DNA of 64,000 nt, from IMG/VR virus record IMGVR_UViG_3300010392_005355, positions 1 through 64,000 of that record, one strand, 5' to 3'. Below the pieces are notes generated by a model. The model was not told where the DNA came from, searched no databases, and saw only the letters and a program-made list of their open reading frames with translations. Origin of the DNA: a virus. The position numbers and the translations under genes are program-made. Shown here in pieces: positions 35,759 to 46,644 of this stretch (positions are counted from its first letter, which is position 1; each line of letters opens with the position of its first letter).

Positions 35759-38700
35759 ATGGCCATTACTGCAGACCGCGTCATCGTTGAGCTTCAGGCC
35801 AAGCTGGACAAATACCAGCGCGACATTGCGGCGGGTGAGCGCACCTTTGATCGCAGCATGAAGAATGTCCGCAAGCAGGCCGGGATCACGGAAGCGCAGG
35901 CGACGAAATCCCTGAATGCAATTGGCCGGGCTGGTCGGTCCATGGCGGACTCGCTTCGTTCTTCGGCGCTCGCGCTCGCCACAGTTGCGGGTGCCACGGC
36001 GGGCGTTCGTGTGCTTGCGGACTTTGCGCAGGCCATGTCCACGGTCAAGGCTGTGTCGCAGGCCACAGAAAGCCAGTTTGAAGCGCTTGAGGCGCGTGCG
36101 CGATCCCTTGGGGCAACGACCCGTTTCAGCGCCACTCAGGCCGCAGAGGGCATGCTGTTCCTTGCTCGCGCCGGTTTCGAGACCGACGAAATCCTGGGCT
36201 CCATTGAAGGCACCCTGAAGCTGGCACAGGCCGGCAATCTGGATCTGGGCCGCGCGGCCGACATCGCCTCGAACGTCTTGCAGGGATTCCGTCTGGAAGT
36301 CTCGGAGACAGCTCGCGTTGTCGATGTGCTTGCCCTGGCGGCCAATTCGTCCAACACGGATGTCGGCCAGCTTGGCGAGGCCATGAAATATGCCGCGCCC
36401 GTCGCTGCGGGCCTTGGCGTTGGCGTCGAAGACACGGCGGCTGCCGTCTCCGCACTTTCAGATGCCGGCCTGCAAGCCGAAATGGCGGGCACCGGGCTCC
36501 GCCGCGTCATGATCGGCCTCGAAAAGCAATCCAGCCAGGGCGAGAAGGTGCTGAAGAAGTACGGACTCACCATGGAGGACGTATCGCTCTCTGCCACGGG
36601 CTCGCTTGCCAACTCTCTAGAGCGGCTGGCCGAGGCCGGGGTCACGACCGCAGACGCCATTACCCTGTTCGGACTTCGCGGCGGACCCGCATTCGAGGTG
36701 CTGCAATCCTCTATCCCCAAAGTGCGCGAGCTGACCGGCGCCTATGAAGAGGCAGGCGGCACAGCCAGCCGCATTGCGGAAATCATGGACGAGAACCTCA
36801 ACGGTGCGCTGCTGGCCACCCGGTCACGCCTTGAGGAGCTGGTTCTTGCGCTGGGTGATGCGGGCGCTGAGGATGGCCTCATCATCGCGCTGGAGGGCCT
36901 ACAGCAGTTGCTGGTGATCGCCGCAGAGAATGCGGACGTCCTCAGCATTGCCCTGATTGCGCTGACGATCAAGGCTCTGCTTCCGATGGCGGCATCTATT
37001 GGCGGGCGTGTGCTGCCCCTGCTCGGCACCCTCAGCACCAGCCTGCAGCTGCTCACGGTGCGCGGTGGCGCGGCGCTGGTCACGACACAGGCGCTGGCTG
37101 GTGGAATGTCGCTGCTTGCCGCTTCACTTCCCACTTTGGCCATTATCGCTGCGGCGGGTGCGTTCATCGCGCTGGCGAGAGACGCACGCGAGGGCCGGGA
37201 GGTCATTGACGACGCCAAGCGGGCAATCGAGGGCATGAACGCAGCGCTCGAACAGACTGAGAAGTATACCTCATTTGCCGATCTATCAAAGGATGCCAAT
37301 TTTGCGCTTCCGGTCATGAACAGACTGAAAGGCGCAATCGAGGGGATCGCTGAAGCCATCCGTGATGTCACGACCGCATCCCTTGTGCAGGATCTGAACT
37401 CTATCAATGCCCAAATTCAAGAGGGCGAGGCCGCCCTTGAGCGGCTCAGGAAGCGGCGTGATGAAGAGGTTCGCACCGTTGCTGGCGTAACGGGCGACCA
37501 GGCCGGTGCCGAGGCACGCATCGACAACAGTGATCTGGGGCGGGAAATCCTTGCCGCAGAGCAGAAGGTCTCATATCTCCGAAGCCAGCTCAAGGAAAGC
37601 GCCAAAGTCGCCTTCGGAGATGGCGGCGTCAATATCGTCAAGGCGTTTCAAGACGGGGGCGTCGAGGCGGTAGAAAAGGCGCTGAACAAGCGCTTCACCG
37701 AGATCACGAATGCGGGCCTTATTGAGAAGGAACTGGAGCGCATCAAGGCGCTTTCCGAGTCCCTCGAAGACGCGAAGTCGAAAGGGCTCGACCGGGCCTC
37801 AGCTCGCTTTGAACAGCAGATCGCCATCGCTGAAGAGACTATTCGCCTTCTTCAGGCGGGTCTCGATGAGGCCACAGCACGCCAAGAGGCGCAGGCGACT
37901 GTGCGTGAGGGGGGGCGGGGCGGTGACGGCCTGGACAAGCGCACCAAGAAGGCTCTTGATGAAATCAGGTCCGCCTATAACGACACGTTTGAAACCGAGC
38001 GTGAGCAGATCGTCCGCATCCGTGATGAGCGGTTGGCGGCGATCGATGCGGCAAAGGTCGGGCAGGCGGAAGCCGACGAACTGCGCCGCCAGGCAAACGA
38101 GACCTATAAGCAACAGCTCAGCGAGATCCGCGCTGCTGAGTTTGATGACTTCAACGAGTATCTGGCAGAGCAGGAAGCCAAGGCCGACAAGGAGCGCGAC
38201 CTTGTTGAGGAGATCACGCGCGCCCGCGACGAAATGCTGGGGCGAACGTCCGCCCTGCTCGAACGCGAATACCAGCTCAAGCGCGCTCTCATCGATAAGG
38301 AAATCGAGGATGAGACCCGCAAGAATGAGGCTATCGCCGCGCTCGATGAGGAGTATGCCGCCCGGCGCCAAGAGCTTGAGGACAAGGCGCTCGGCAAGGG
38401 GGAGTATTCTGATAGCGCAATAGAGCAGGTTCGTGCCCGTCAGGAAGAGGAACTGCAGCTTCTTGAAGAATGGTTTCAGGATAAGCTGGACCGTGAAGCC
38501 GAATACCTTGAGCGGCGCAAAGAGATCAATGCTGATGCCGAGGCCGCGATTACGGCCATCAAGCAGGAGGCAGCAGTTGCCCAGCTGGATGCCGCAGAGC
38601 GTGGATTCGACGCAGCAGCGGACCTTGCGAAGAAGTTCGCCGGCGAAAACAAGGGCATCTATAAGGCCCTGTTCCTGGCCGAGAAGGCCGCGGCACTCGC

Positions 38701-39247
38701 CAGCGCATACGTTCAGATGAACCTAGCCGTGGCCAAGGCCGCCGCCGCCGCCCCACCGCCTTTGAATGCCCCTCTGATTGCGTCTGCCAAGGTGACTGGT
38801 CTGGCCACAATTGCCGGCATTGCCGCCTCTGCCATCTCCGGCTTCAAAGATGGTGTTGTCGACCTTCAGGGGCCTGGGTCCCACCGGTCAGACAGTATTC
38901 CGGCACGCCTGTCACGCGGCGAAAGTGTCATGACAGCGGACGCGACCAGAAAGAATGAAGACCTGCTTCGCGCGATGAACCAAGGCGTTGATGTAGAGGC
39001 CCAGCTGGCACGGATCACGCAGCCCGTCAGTGTGGCTCCGTCCTTCTTCACCGGAGGCGGCCGGCAGGTGAATGTCGCTGGCGCTCAGCTCAATTTCAAC
39101 GGCCCTGTTGATCGGGACACCCTTCCTGACCTCAAGGCCATGATTGATCAGATGCGGCGTGAGCAGGAAGACACCATTCGATCCGTGATCGCCAGCGAGC
39201 AGACCGCAACCACCCCGCGCTACCGGCGCGACCGCTTCATCAGGTGA
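35759..39247 (+). CDS. Tape measure protein (TP901 core)
   Basis: TRFSATQAAEGM, LGEAMKYAAP, AGTGLR; C-term SDSIPARLSRGESV. Confidence 0.95.
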   Translation: MAITADRVIVELQAKLDKYQRDIAAGERTFDRSMKNVRKQAGITEAQATKSLNAIGRAGRSMADSLRSSALALATVAGATAGVRVLADFAQAMSTVKAVSQATESQFEALEARARSLGATTRFSATQAAEGMLFLARAGFETDEILGSIEGTLKLAQAGNLDLGRAADIASNVLQGFRLEVSETARVVDVLALAANSSNTDVGQLGEAMKYAAPVAAGLGVGVEDTAAAVSALSDAGLQAEMAGTGLRRVMIGLEKQSSQGEKVLKKYGLTMEDVSLSATGSLANSLERLAEAGVTTADAITLFGLRGGPAFEVLQSSIPKVRELTGAYEEAGGTASRIAEIMDENLNGALLATRSRLEELVLALGDAGAEDGLIIALEGLQQLLVIAAENADVLSIALIALTIKALLPMAASIGGRVLPLLGTLSTSLQLLTVRGGAALVTTQALAGGMSLLAASLPTLAIIAAAGAFIALARDAREGREVIDDAKRAIEGMNAALEQTEKYTSFADLSKDANFALPVMNRLKGAIEGIAEAIRDVTTASLVQDLNSINAQIQEGEAALERLRKRRDEEVRTVAGVTGDQAGAEARIDNSDLGREILAAEQKVSYLRSQLKESAKVAFGDGGVNIVKAFQDGGVEAVEKALNKRFTEITNAGLIEKELERIKALSESLEDAKSKGLDRASARFEQQIAIAEETIRLLQAGLDEATARQEAQATVREGGRGGDGLDKRTKKALDEIRSAYNDTFETEREQIVRIRDERLAAIDAAKVGQAEADELRRQANETYKQQLSEIRAAEFDDFNEYLAEQEAKADKERDLVEEITRARDEMLGRTSALLEREYQLKRALIDKEIEDETRKNEAIAALDEEYAARRQELEDKALGKGEYSDSAIEQVRARQEEELQLLEEWFQDKLDREAEYLERRKEINADAEAAITAIKQEAAVAQLDAAERGFDAAADLAKKFAGENKGIYKALFLAEKAAALASAYVQMNLAVAKAAAAAPPPLNAPLIASAKVTGLATIAGIAASAISGFKDGVVDLQGPGSHRSDSIPARLSRGESVMTADATRKNEDLLRAMNQGVDVEAQLARITQPVSVAPSFFTGGGRQVNVAGAQLNFNGPVDRDTLPDLKAMIDQMRREQEDTIRSVIASEQTATTPRYRRDRFIR

Positions 39248-39251
39248 CATT

Positions 39252-39866
39252 ATGAGCGCAGGCGAACAGGCACCGTGCCTCGGTATCATCGAGGCGCGCT
39301 GGACCCCTATTGAAAATCAGACGGCAGTCACCTCGAACAGCGGAGAGGCCGATGTCATCGAGATCGGCGATCCGTTCTGGATGATCGAGGTAGGTGTCAA
39401 CATCATCAACCGCGCCCACTTCGATGAGTGGGACACGTTTCTTACGCGCCGCCGCCTGGCTGATCTCACGTTTACCATGTGGCGGTCCATGCGTCCGAAC
39501 CCGCGCGACCCGGCAATCACGTCGGATGCCGTGCTTTCCATCGTCAGCATTGACAGCGCCAACTCCACCGTAACTGTCAGCGATGCCCTGAGCGTGGGCC
39601 GCAAGGCCTATCCCGGAGACATGATTTCCTACCGGACCCTGAACAATGGCTACTGGATCGGGCAGGTTTTGGCAGAGGCAACCTATAACGGGTCCGGCCA
39701 GGCAACTTTGTCCGTGTGGCCGCGCCCTGTCACACCCCACGCCAGCGTCACTGCACCCCGCAGGATTGCCGCCCTTGGAGAGTTCCGCCTGACGGAGACC
39801 CCGCGCGTGCGTGAGGGATTCAAGCGCTGGGATGTCCAGTTCAAGGCTGAGCAGGTGCTGCGATGA
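39252..39866 (+). CDS. Distal tail protein
   Basis: Position after TMP; size. Confidence 0.6.
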   Translation: MSAGEQAPCLGIIEARWTPIENQTAVTSNSGEADVIEIGDPFWMIEVGVNIINRAHFDEWDTFLTRRRLADLTFTMWRSMRPNPRDPAITSDAVLSIVSIDSANSTVTVSDALSVGRKAYPGDMISYRTLNNGYWIGQVLAEATYNGSGQATLSVWPRPVTPHASVTAPRRIAALGEFRLTETPRVREGFKRWDVQFKAEQVLR

Positions 39867-42800
39867 CGCGTATTTCACGCTGGTTCCTTGAAATCACGCT
39901 GGATAGCGAGACGCTGCGCTGGTGCAATGGCCGCGACAGCCTCACGCTTGATGATAATACCTATACGCCGCTGGGAACGCGCTGGACGCCGCCAGACCGC
40001 CTGAAGCGCAGAGCAGGCCTGAAATCAGAGAAGTTCGAACTGGACTTTGACAGCTCTCGTCAGTCTGACAACACAGATCCTGTCGGCGCGCTTCTAGATA
40101 AGACATGGAGGCGGAGACAAATCCGCTTGCGCCGCATTGTCTGGAATTCCGGGCAGGTGCCGGATGACGGCACGGTTCTGGAAGATGAGCGCGGAAGGCT
40201 TCGTAACCTGTCCGACAGCCTGAAGGCCGGGCAAGCTGCCCGCCTGACCATGGAGATTGAAAGCGGCGCTCTGGCCTATCTTGAGCGGCGCATGGAGACC
40301 CGGACACCTGCAAGCCAAAATGCTGCCTACCCCGGAGACAAGGGCTTTGACCTGATTGCCCAGTTGGAAGGGGTTACGCTGCCGTGGCGGACAAAGTTCA
40401 AGAAGTCTGGCACAGTCCAGCTTGAACTTCAGGAAGAGTACGAGCCGTATCCGCGTGAATTGGCACTTGGCCGATTTGTAACGTCCGGCAGCTTTGTGGC
40501 TGCGTTCACAAATGGGCAACAGCGCAAGTACATGCAGCGCGTTTACGCTATCGCCGATCACAAGATCAACAAGCTGGACAAGGTATGGATAAATGGTTAC
40601 CAGGTGCGCAATTCTGCGCTGACCCATGGTGTGCGAACCCTTGTTTACCTTGAGGGCAATAGCGAGCAGCGCTGCTGGATTACCTTCCACCAAGGCGGAC
40701 ATGGGCAGACAGCGGACGCTTACCTTCAGGCTGCTGCGTCTGAATGGACTGCAGATCACCGCCTGCGCGGTGTCGCTTATGTGGTGATTGAACACCTCTG
40801 GGATAGCGACCTCCCGGAAAGCTTCGACTATCGCTTCAGCGGCGAGGGCGCGCTTCTTTATGACCGCAGAAAAGACAGCACCGCAGGCGGGTCAGGTTCG
40901 CACCGATGGAGCAACCCGACGACTTGGGAGTATTCAACAAACGCAATGGTCGCGGCGGATCATTATCGCAGCGGGATTAGGGTCACGTTTGATTCTGACG
41001 TCATGTGGTTCGGCGTCGGGGAGGCTGTTGACGCGGTTCCATACGCTGAATTCAAGGCCCTCGCGGACCTGTGCGATCAGAATGTTGCGCTAAAGGGCGG
41101 CGGCACGCAGAAGCGTTATGAGGTTAACGGAATTCTTTCCGCTGCTGAAAGCCATGATAAAAACCTGCAGAGGCTGGCAGACCAAATGGCGGCCCGTGCG
41201 ATTGACCAGGGAGGGCGCATTTCCTTCAGGCCCCCGATTGTCCGCACGCCCGTCATCACCCTGACGGATGATGATATGGTGCGTGACAGCGAAAGCCGTG
41301 CCGATCCGGGTGGTGGTCTCGATGACATGCTCAATGGTATTGAGGGACGGTTTATTAATCCCGCCAACGACTACAAGAAGGACGACTATCCGCGCGTCCA
41401 GATCGCCGCCTACATTGGTGATGACAATGGCGAGATCACAGACACGCTGAACCTCGATCTTGAGATCAACGCGGAACGCTGTCAGCGTATCGCCAAGCTC
41501 AAGATTGAAGACAGCCGACGCATCTTCTATCTCGAAGAAACCTACAAGACCGCTGCGCGCGTGATCGAGCCGGGCGAGTGGTATGTGCGGAAAAGTGTGA
41601 TTCGCGGGTTCCCGTCCGGCAAAACCTTTGTGGCGGAAGAGGTGGAGCGCTTCATTGACGGCTCTATCCGGGTGCGCGGATCAGAGGTCTACCCCGATGA
41701 GCTGGTCTGGGACGAAACCACGGCTGTGGACTTGTCTGTTCCGCCTGCCTTCCCGTCCACCAATCGGGATGCCTTGGCCAATCCAGATGTGACGATAACC
41801 CCCGGGCAGGTGGGTGACTCCGGGGATGTGACATGGCCGGGGCTGAAACTTGAATTTGATTATGGCACTGATCCGGTTCCATCTGAAACGCAAATCGAGG
41901 TGGCGAGGGACGACGGAACGGGGCAGCCCGACTATAGTTATGAGGTTCAGGCAGAAACTGTTCCCGCAGGGGCTGCTTATGTCTGGTTGAGCAGCATTTT
42001 GCAGCCCGGCGTTAATTATGTGATCCGGGTTAGATCTGTCTATGATGGCCGACATAGTGAATGGTCTGACTGGGTCCAATTCACGGCTACCAGTGAATTT
42101 ACCTCTAAGTCCTCGCTATATGCTGAGCAGCTATCAGCAGAGGCCTTGGCTGCTCTAAACACGCTCGTAAACGATTTGGTAGACGCCGAAGCGGAGGCGC
42201 GCGAGACGGCGGACGATCTGCTCTCGCAGGGGCTCGGCATTGCTCAACAGGCAGGCTACACCAACTGGTACAGAGACCCGCTGATTACGCTTGGCACGCT
42301 TGAGGGCTATGGCTCGAATGGTCTTCCGCTTTACATGCTCACAGGTGCGACCTATCGCTCTGCCGGGGTGGAGCGTGATAGCGGTGCAGATGGTCAGGAG
42401 ATGATCCTCTACCTGCCGGGCAATCATCCGATCCAGCCCGGCGCGCGGGGGCAGGCATCTGTCACCATTGAGGAAGTGCTGAATACTGCCGCCCTCGAAT
42501 TGCGCGCCTATTATTACGATGATGCGGGCGACCCTGTTACGCCAGCATTTCATGCAGTCGCGTCCGGGGCGTCAGGTCGCATTGGCGGGTTTTTTGGTCT
42601 GGACGGGACGGATGCCGGAGCTATCCCGGCAGGGACAGCTTCCTGCAAGATTGCGGTACGGACCATTGCCGATGGCACAGGGGACGCGCGCTTTGCCGTG
42701 TCCCAGATGCTTGGGGCTTTCGCTGGCCTGAACGACACGGCACTTGCCGAGTTTGTTGACCCGGCAGATGAGCAGGTCGCTCGCCAGCTCGACTACGCCG

Positions 42801-43918
42801 TGACCGATATTCAGAATTCGTACCAGCTGCGCGGCCTCTCGTGGGAGCAGGGAGAGGCCCGCTCGGAGATCACGCGTCTCGATACGGTTCAGCAGGATCA
42901 GGCATCGACACTTACCACTCTGCAGACCAGCTATGGCGAGGTCAGCGCGAACGCGACCTTCCGGATGGTCACAGGCTACACGCCATCAGCCGGATGGGAC
43001 GCCAGAATTGGACTGCAGGCACGGGTTTCGACCGGATCAGTTTACCGGGATGGCGGCCTGTATCTGGAAGTCACTGAAAGTGCAAGTCGCCTGATCCTGA
43101 ATGCGGATCAGGTGGCCATTACAGACGGGGACAACGTCTCAGCCTTATTCCAGAGCGGGACGACATATCTGAATGCAGCCATTATTCAGTCATTAAGTGC
43201 TGACAAGATTTCTGCAGGAATCATCCGCAACTTCGACAATTCAATGCAGATAGACCTGCAAAATTATCGCATCCATTTTGACAACGGATCGATCATGAAG
43301 GTCGACGGCCTTGGCTTTGGAACAAGCAACCAATTCATTGAATGGGTGGGGCCTTCGAAGGCTATCAGCCTCTGCGATGAGGCCTCTGCTATTCGTTACG
43401 TGAAGACCAATGGAGACGCCTATTTTGGCGGGTCCTTGTCAGCGGGTGTTCTGAACACGTCCATATCGACATCAAGCATCGCCCAATACCCGACGGTTGA
43501 GACGCCAGTTTTTGGCTCAAACGGCAATATCATAAGTGTGACATCGGGGTTCAACTCCGTCTACGCGGAGAGCGCGTATCAGCCGACGCCCCCAGGAGTC
43601 CCCATCGGGTCTGAAATCGACAGCGGCTCGGCTCCATGCCAAATCAAGCTCTACCGATCCGTTGCAGGCGGAGCTTACAGCTTGGTGGCCACCTATGATG
43701 GCACGTGGGAGTGGAGTCGAACCTTCGTGGAATACGATCCAAGCGATGGATATCTGGTCTCATCTGATGGCGCGGTATCAATATCGGCCACATACACAGA
43801 CTCTCTGGAAGTCGCCAGCGATAGGCAATTCAAGCTGGAGGTTTCTGTCCGGGGTTATGGCGGTAGTCCCTTCACCCAAAACTATCAGCGCCTCAGTATT
43901 GTCTGCGTCGAGGAGTAG
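39863..43918 (+). CDS. Tail tip/hub-host specificity protein (GpJ-like)
   Basis: WTADHRLRGVAY, YDRRKDSTAGGSGSHR, FN3-like segment, LNADQVAI. Confidence 0.85.
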   Translation: MTRISRWFLEITLDSETLRWCNGRDSLTLDDNTYTPLGTRWTPPDRLKRRAGLKSEKFELDFDSSRQSDNTDPVGALLDKTWRRRQIRLRRIVWNSGQVPDDGTVLEDERGRLRNLSDSLKAGQAARLTMEIESGALAYLERRMETRTPASQNAAYPGDKGFDLIAQLEGVTLPWRTKFKKSGTVQLELQEEYEPYPRELALGRFVTSGSFVAAFTNGQQRKYMQRVYAIADHKINKLDKVWINGYQVRNSALTHGVRTLVYLEGNSEQRCWITFHQGGHGQTADAYLQAAASEWTADHRLRGVAYVVIEHLWDSDLPESFDYRFSGEGALLYDRRKDSTAGGSGSHRWSNPTTWEYSTNAMVAADHYRSGIRVTFDSDVMWFGVGEAVDAVPYAEFKALADLCDQNVALKGGGTQKRYEVNGILSAAESHDKNLQRLADQMAARAIDQGGRISFRPPIVRTPVITLTDDDMVRDSESRADPGGGLDDMLNGIEGRFINPANDYKKDDYPRVQIAAYIGDDNGEITDTLNLDLEINAERCQRIAKLKIEDSRRIFYLEETYKTAARVIEPGEWYVRKSVIRGFPSGKTFVAEEVERFIDGSIRVRGSEVYPDELVWDETTAVDLSVPPAFPSTNRDALANPDVTITPGQVGDSGDVTWPGLKLEFDYGTDPVPSETQIEVARDDGTGQPDYSYEVQAETVPAGAAYVWLSSILQPGVNYVIRVRSVYDGRHSEWSDWVQFTATSEFTSKSSLYAEQLSAEALAALNTLVNDLVDAEAEARETADDLLSQGLGIAQQAGYTNWYRDPLITLGTLEGYGSNGLPLYMLTGATYRSAGVERDSGADGQEMILYLPGNHPIQPGARGQASVTIEEVLNTAALELRAYYYDDAGDPVTPAFHAVASGASGRIGGFFGLDGTDAGAIPAGTASCKIAVRTIADGTGDARFAVSQMLGAFAGLNDTALAEFVDPADEQVARQLDYAVTDIQNSYQLRGLSWEQGEARSEITRLDTVQQDQASTLTTLQTSYGEVSANATFRMVTGYTPSAGWDARIGLQARVSTGSVYRDGGLYLEVTESASRLILNADQVAITDGDNVSALFQSGTTYLNAAIIQSLSADKISAGIIRNFDNSMQIDLQNYRIHFDNGSIMKVDGLGFGTSNQFIEWVGPSKAISLCDEASAIRYVKTNGDAYFGGSLSAGVLNTSISTSSIAQYPTVETPVFGSNGNIISVTSGFNSVYAESAYQPTPPGVPIGSEIDSGSAPCQIKLYRSVAGGAYSLVATYDGTWEWSRTFVEYDPSDGYLVSSDGAVSISATYTDSLEVASDRQFKLEVSVRGYGGSPFTQNYQRLSIVCVEE

Positions 43919-43926
43919 AAGAAAAA

Positions 43927-44589
43927 ATGGCCACCAAGACATACTATTTCAAATCTGCTTTCTCGACGACAGACCCCGTCACGGGACAGGTCATTGCCTG
44001 GAGGCCAGGCATTGTGGATAGAATAACTAATATAGACTTGCAGGACGTTCTTGATGCCGCAACAGGCGCCTATGGCGAAAAGGTCGCAATCGACCTCGGA
44101 GCAACCTTTGTAGAGGACACGGACTTTAATTCATGGCCACTTTCGGCAGATGTCCTCAGCTTCCTCGCGCAGGCGAACAAGGCCGCAATGCTCGCCACGG
44201 GGCTTGGCGGCGGGGCCTCTGGCGTCGCCGCGTTCCAAGCAGCTGATCGCTATAATTTCCTCGGCAATAGCGGGCTTCGATATGGGCCTGTGACAGTCGG
44301 GATCGGAGCGGCGGTGTCGTTCCCTTTGCGGCAATCGGGCGGCCGTCATATCGTGATGGTCAATGGGTCTGGCGGCGCTTTCGGGATCGTCCTCGTCCGC
44401 GCCCTTTCTGGGGGCCTGGCGGCCGATGCTGTTGCAAGCTTCTCCAACTTCACTGCGCAGACGGGCGCACTGACAGGCAGCACGGGACCGAACGGCAATA
44501 TCAATTTCGGCGTCAGCGCAGGGCTTGGCTATCTGGAAAACCGGGGCGCCTATCCGAACCCGTTGCAGGCCGTGATCTTCGAAGGATAG
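43927..44589 (+). CDS. Short tail fibre/accessory tail protein
   Basis: Position; Gly-rich C-terminal domain. Confidence 0.55.
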   Translation: MATKTYYFKSAFSTTDPVTGQVIAWRPGIVDRITNIDLQDVLDAATGAYGEKVAIDLGATFVEDTDFNSWPLSADVLSFLAQANKAAMLATGLGGGASGVAAFQAADRYNFLGNSGLRYGPVTVGIGAAVSFPLRQSGGRHIVMVNGSGGAFGIVLVRALSGGLAADAVASFSNFTAQTGALTGSTGPNGNINFGVSAGLGYLENRGAYPNPLQAVIFEG

Positions 44590-44593
44590 GAAC

Positions 44594-45073
44594 ATGACGA
44601 CATCTCTTGATAATCTCTGGACAATTGATGGCCAGCGCTTTGCGCTCGACGCTTCCGTCACGACGCAGGCCGAAGCAGATGCCTGGTATGCGGCGAACAC
44701 CGCGAACGGGCCGCCTCCACCACAGCCGTCCGACGTCTATGCCGAGCGTGACCGACGCTTGTCGCTGGGCTTCGATTACGATTTCGAAGATGAGCGCGGC
44801 GTCCACCGGATCGGCACGACAGACGCTGACATGCGCAGCTGGAACGAAGTGACCACGGCATTCAATGCCGCTGACAAGCTCGGCCACCCGCTCCAGCTCC
44901 AGATCATGACGGATACAGGCCCGGCTCAGGTCAACAGTGCGGAGTGGGCGGCCATACTTTTGCGCTCAGCGCAGGTTCGTCAGGACATATGGAAGGCCAG
45001 CTTTGTGCTTCAGTCTGCTGATCCGATCCCGGAGGACTTCGCAGATGACCAATATTGGACCGCCCCTGAATAA
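44594..45073 (+). CDS. DUF4376-like tail fibre assembly protein
   Basis: VYAERDRRL...PIPEDFADDQYW. Confidence 0.7.
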   Translation: MTTSLDNLWTIDGQRFALDASVTTQAEADAWYAANTANGPPPPQPSDVYAERDRRLSLGFDYDFEDERGVHRIGTTDADMRSWNEVTTAFNAADKLGHPLQLQIMTDTGPAQVNSAEWAAILLRSAQVRQDIWKASFVLQSADPIPEDFADDQYWTAPE

Positions 45074-45149
45074 GGCGTCCGAAATGATCCGCCATTTGTC
45101 CGCCACGTTCACAGCGTGGCTTTTTTTGTACCTGAAACCGGAGCCCCCA

Positions 45150-45710
45150 ATGTCCGACCCCAGCGTTTTTGACCGCCTTATAGATCCCCTTCTCGACCGC
45201 GAAGGCGGCTATGTGGACCATCCGTCTGACCCTGGCGGCGCCACCAGATACGGGATCACGGAGCGTGTCGCGCGCCGCCATGGATACCGCGGGCACATGC
45301 GCGACCTGCCACGCGAAGTGGCAAAGCATATCTACGCCGTGGACTATTGGGATGGGCCCGGATTTGCGGGCGTTGCCGCCCTGGCAGAAGACGTTGCGGC
45401 CGAGATGTTCGATACCGGCGTCAACATGGGTGTGGGTGTGGCGTCCACTTTCCTGCAGCGCGCCCTGAATGGCTTCAATCTACGGGGCAAGCTGTATCCG
45501 GATATCGTGGAGGACGGCAATGTCGGCCCCGCCACACTCTCTGCACTGAAGGCCTACCTTAAAAATCGTGGTGTCGATGCCGAGCGCGTGCTCGTCTCGG
45601 CCCTGAACTGCTTTCAGGGTGAGCGCTACTTCCTGATCTGCGAGGGCAGGGAGCCGAGTGAAGACTTCCTCTATGGCTGGATGCGCACCCGAGTCGCTGA
45701 CCCGGCCTGA
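45150..45710 (+). CDS. Endolysin, GH108 plus PG-binding domain
   Basis: EGGYVDHPSDPGGATRYGIT; FDTGVNMG; DGNVGPAT; FLYGW. Confidence 0.95.
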   Translation: MSDPSVFDRLIDPLLDREGGYVDHPSDPGGATRYGITERVARRHGYRGHMRDLPREVAKHIYAVDYWDGPGFAGVAALAEDVAAEMFDTGVNMGVGVASTFLQRALNGFNLRGKLYPDIVEDGNVGPATLSALKAYLKNRGVDAERVLVSALNCFQGERYFLICEGREPSEDFLYGWMRTRVADPA

Positions 45711-45747
45711 TCCCGAACACCAGAATGCCCGGCTGTGTACTGGCCGG

Positions 45748-46107
45748 TCACTCCTCTGCAGGAATGCCGCTCTGTAAGGCGACGAGCGCTGCAGTATTTT
45801 CGGCAACACGCAGGCTTGGCCATTCAGAGGCCCGCCCATAGCTGCCGAAGTCGAGGCTTTCGGGTGGCTCGCCATGCGCGTCGGCCAGCTCGTCTATCAG
45901 GTCAAGCGCCTCATCGGCGGCGGCAAGCTGCTGCTGATGCAGGCTCGACAAAGCGGCCCAAACATCCGGATGCGCTTTCGAGCGACCAGAAGACATGTCT
46001 TTGATGGTCTGCAGCGAGACGGACCGGCACAGCTGGTCACTCAACCAGTCGGCGGCCTCCGGCTGCGACAGGCCCGTCAGGCGCAGGGCGGCGGCGAAAA
46101 GGCTCAT
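45748..46107 (-). CDS. XRE-like HTH protein
   Basis: GLSQPEAADWL...SLQTIKDMSSGR. Confidence 0.7.
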   Translation of the reverse strand: MSLFAAALRLTGLSQPEAADWLSDQLCRSVSLQTIKDMSSGRSKAHPDVWAALSSLHQQQLAAADEALDLIDELADAHGEPPESLDFGSYGRASEWPSLRVAENTAALVALQSGIPAEE

Positions 46108-46168
46108 TGGGAAAATCCTGTTCGGGAAGAAAAAAGCGGCAGGCCAAACCGCCTGCCGCTATCGATAA

Positions 46169-46441
46169 TTACGAGATCACAATTGCGCTGTCTTTCCCGC
46201 CGCGACCGCGACCGCTCATGTCATTGGTGTAGTGAGCCATTTTAACCTCGCCAACGCAGCCGTGGCGGCGAGCATAGCGCAGTGCGGTTTCCGCTTTCCA
46301 GTGACCGCTAAGCGCGACTGAGAAGTTGTAAGGCTTGTTGCGTTCAACTTGGGCGAACCGCTCCTCGGTCATCGGCTCGGCGGTCGGCTCGATGTAGCCT
46401 TGCTTGTGACCGGTGATGATTGTGCATTTCGAGTAAGCCAT
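46169..46441 (-). CDS. Hypothetical protein
   Basis: AGGAGA RBS; own promoter; hairpin at 46129-46160. Confidence 0.6.
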   Translation of the reverse strand: MAYSKCTIITGHKQGYIEPTAEPMTEERFAQVERNKPYNFSVALSGHWKAETALRYARRHGCVGEVKMAHYTNDMSGRGRGGKDSAIVIS

Positions 46442-46491
46442 TTGTCTCTCCTGTGAGTGGACGATGGAGCCAATCCCCGTGTCCATGAGTT

Positions 46492-46520
46492 CAATATATA
46501 CACTTTTAGTGTATCGTCAA
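46492..46520 (-). promoter_or_regulatory. Promoter with palindromic operator
   Basis: Minus-strand TTGACG-16-TATATT enclosing ATACACT-N3-AGTGTAT (46498-46514). Confidence 0.65.
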
Positions 46521-46644
46521 GAGACTTTTTTAAAATAATCCAGATGCCCGCCCGTGCGTAATTGCGGGCGGTCAGCGTACCCCGCCCCGCCATGTCAGGC
46601 AGGCGGGTTTTTTTGTGTCTACAACCCCCGAAAGGACAAGTCCC

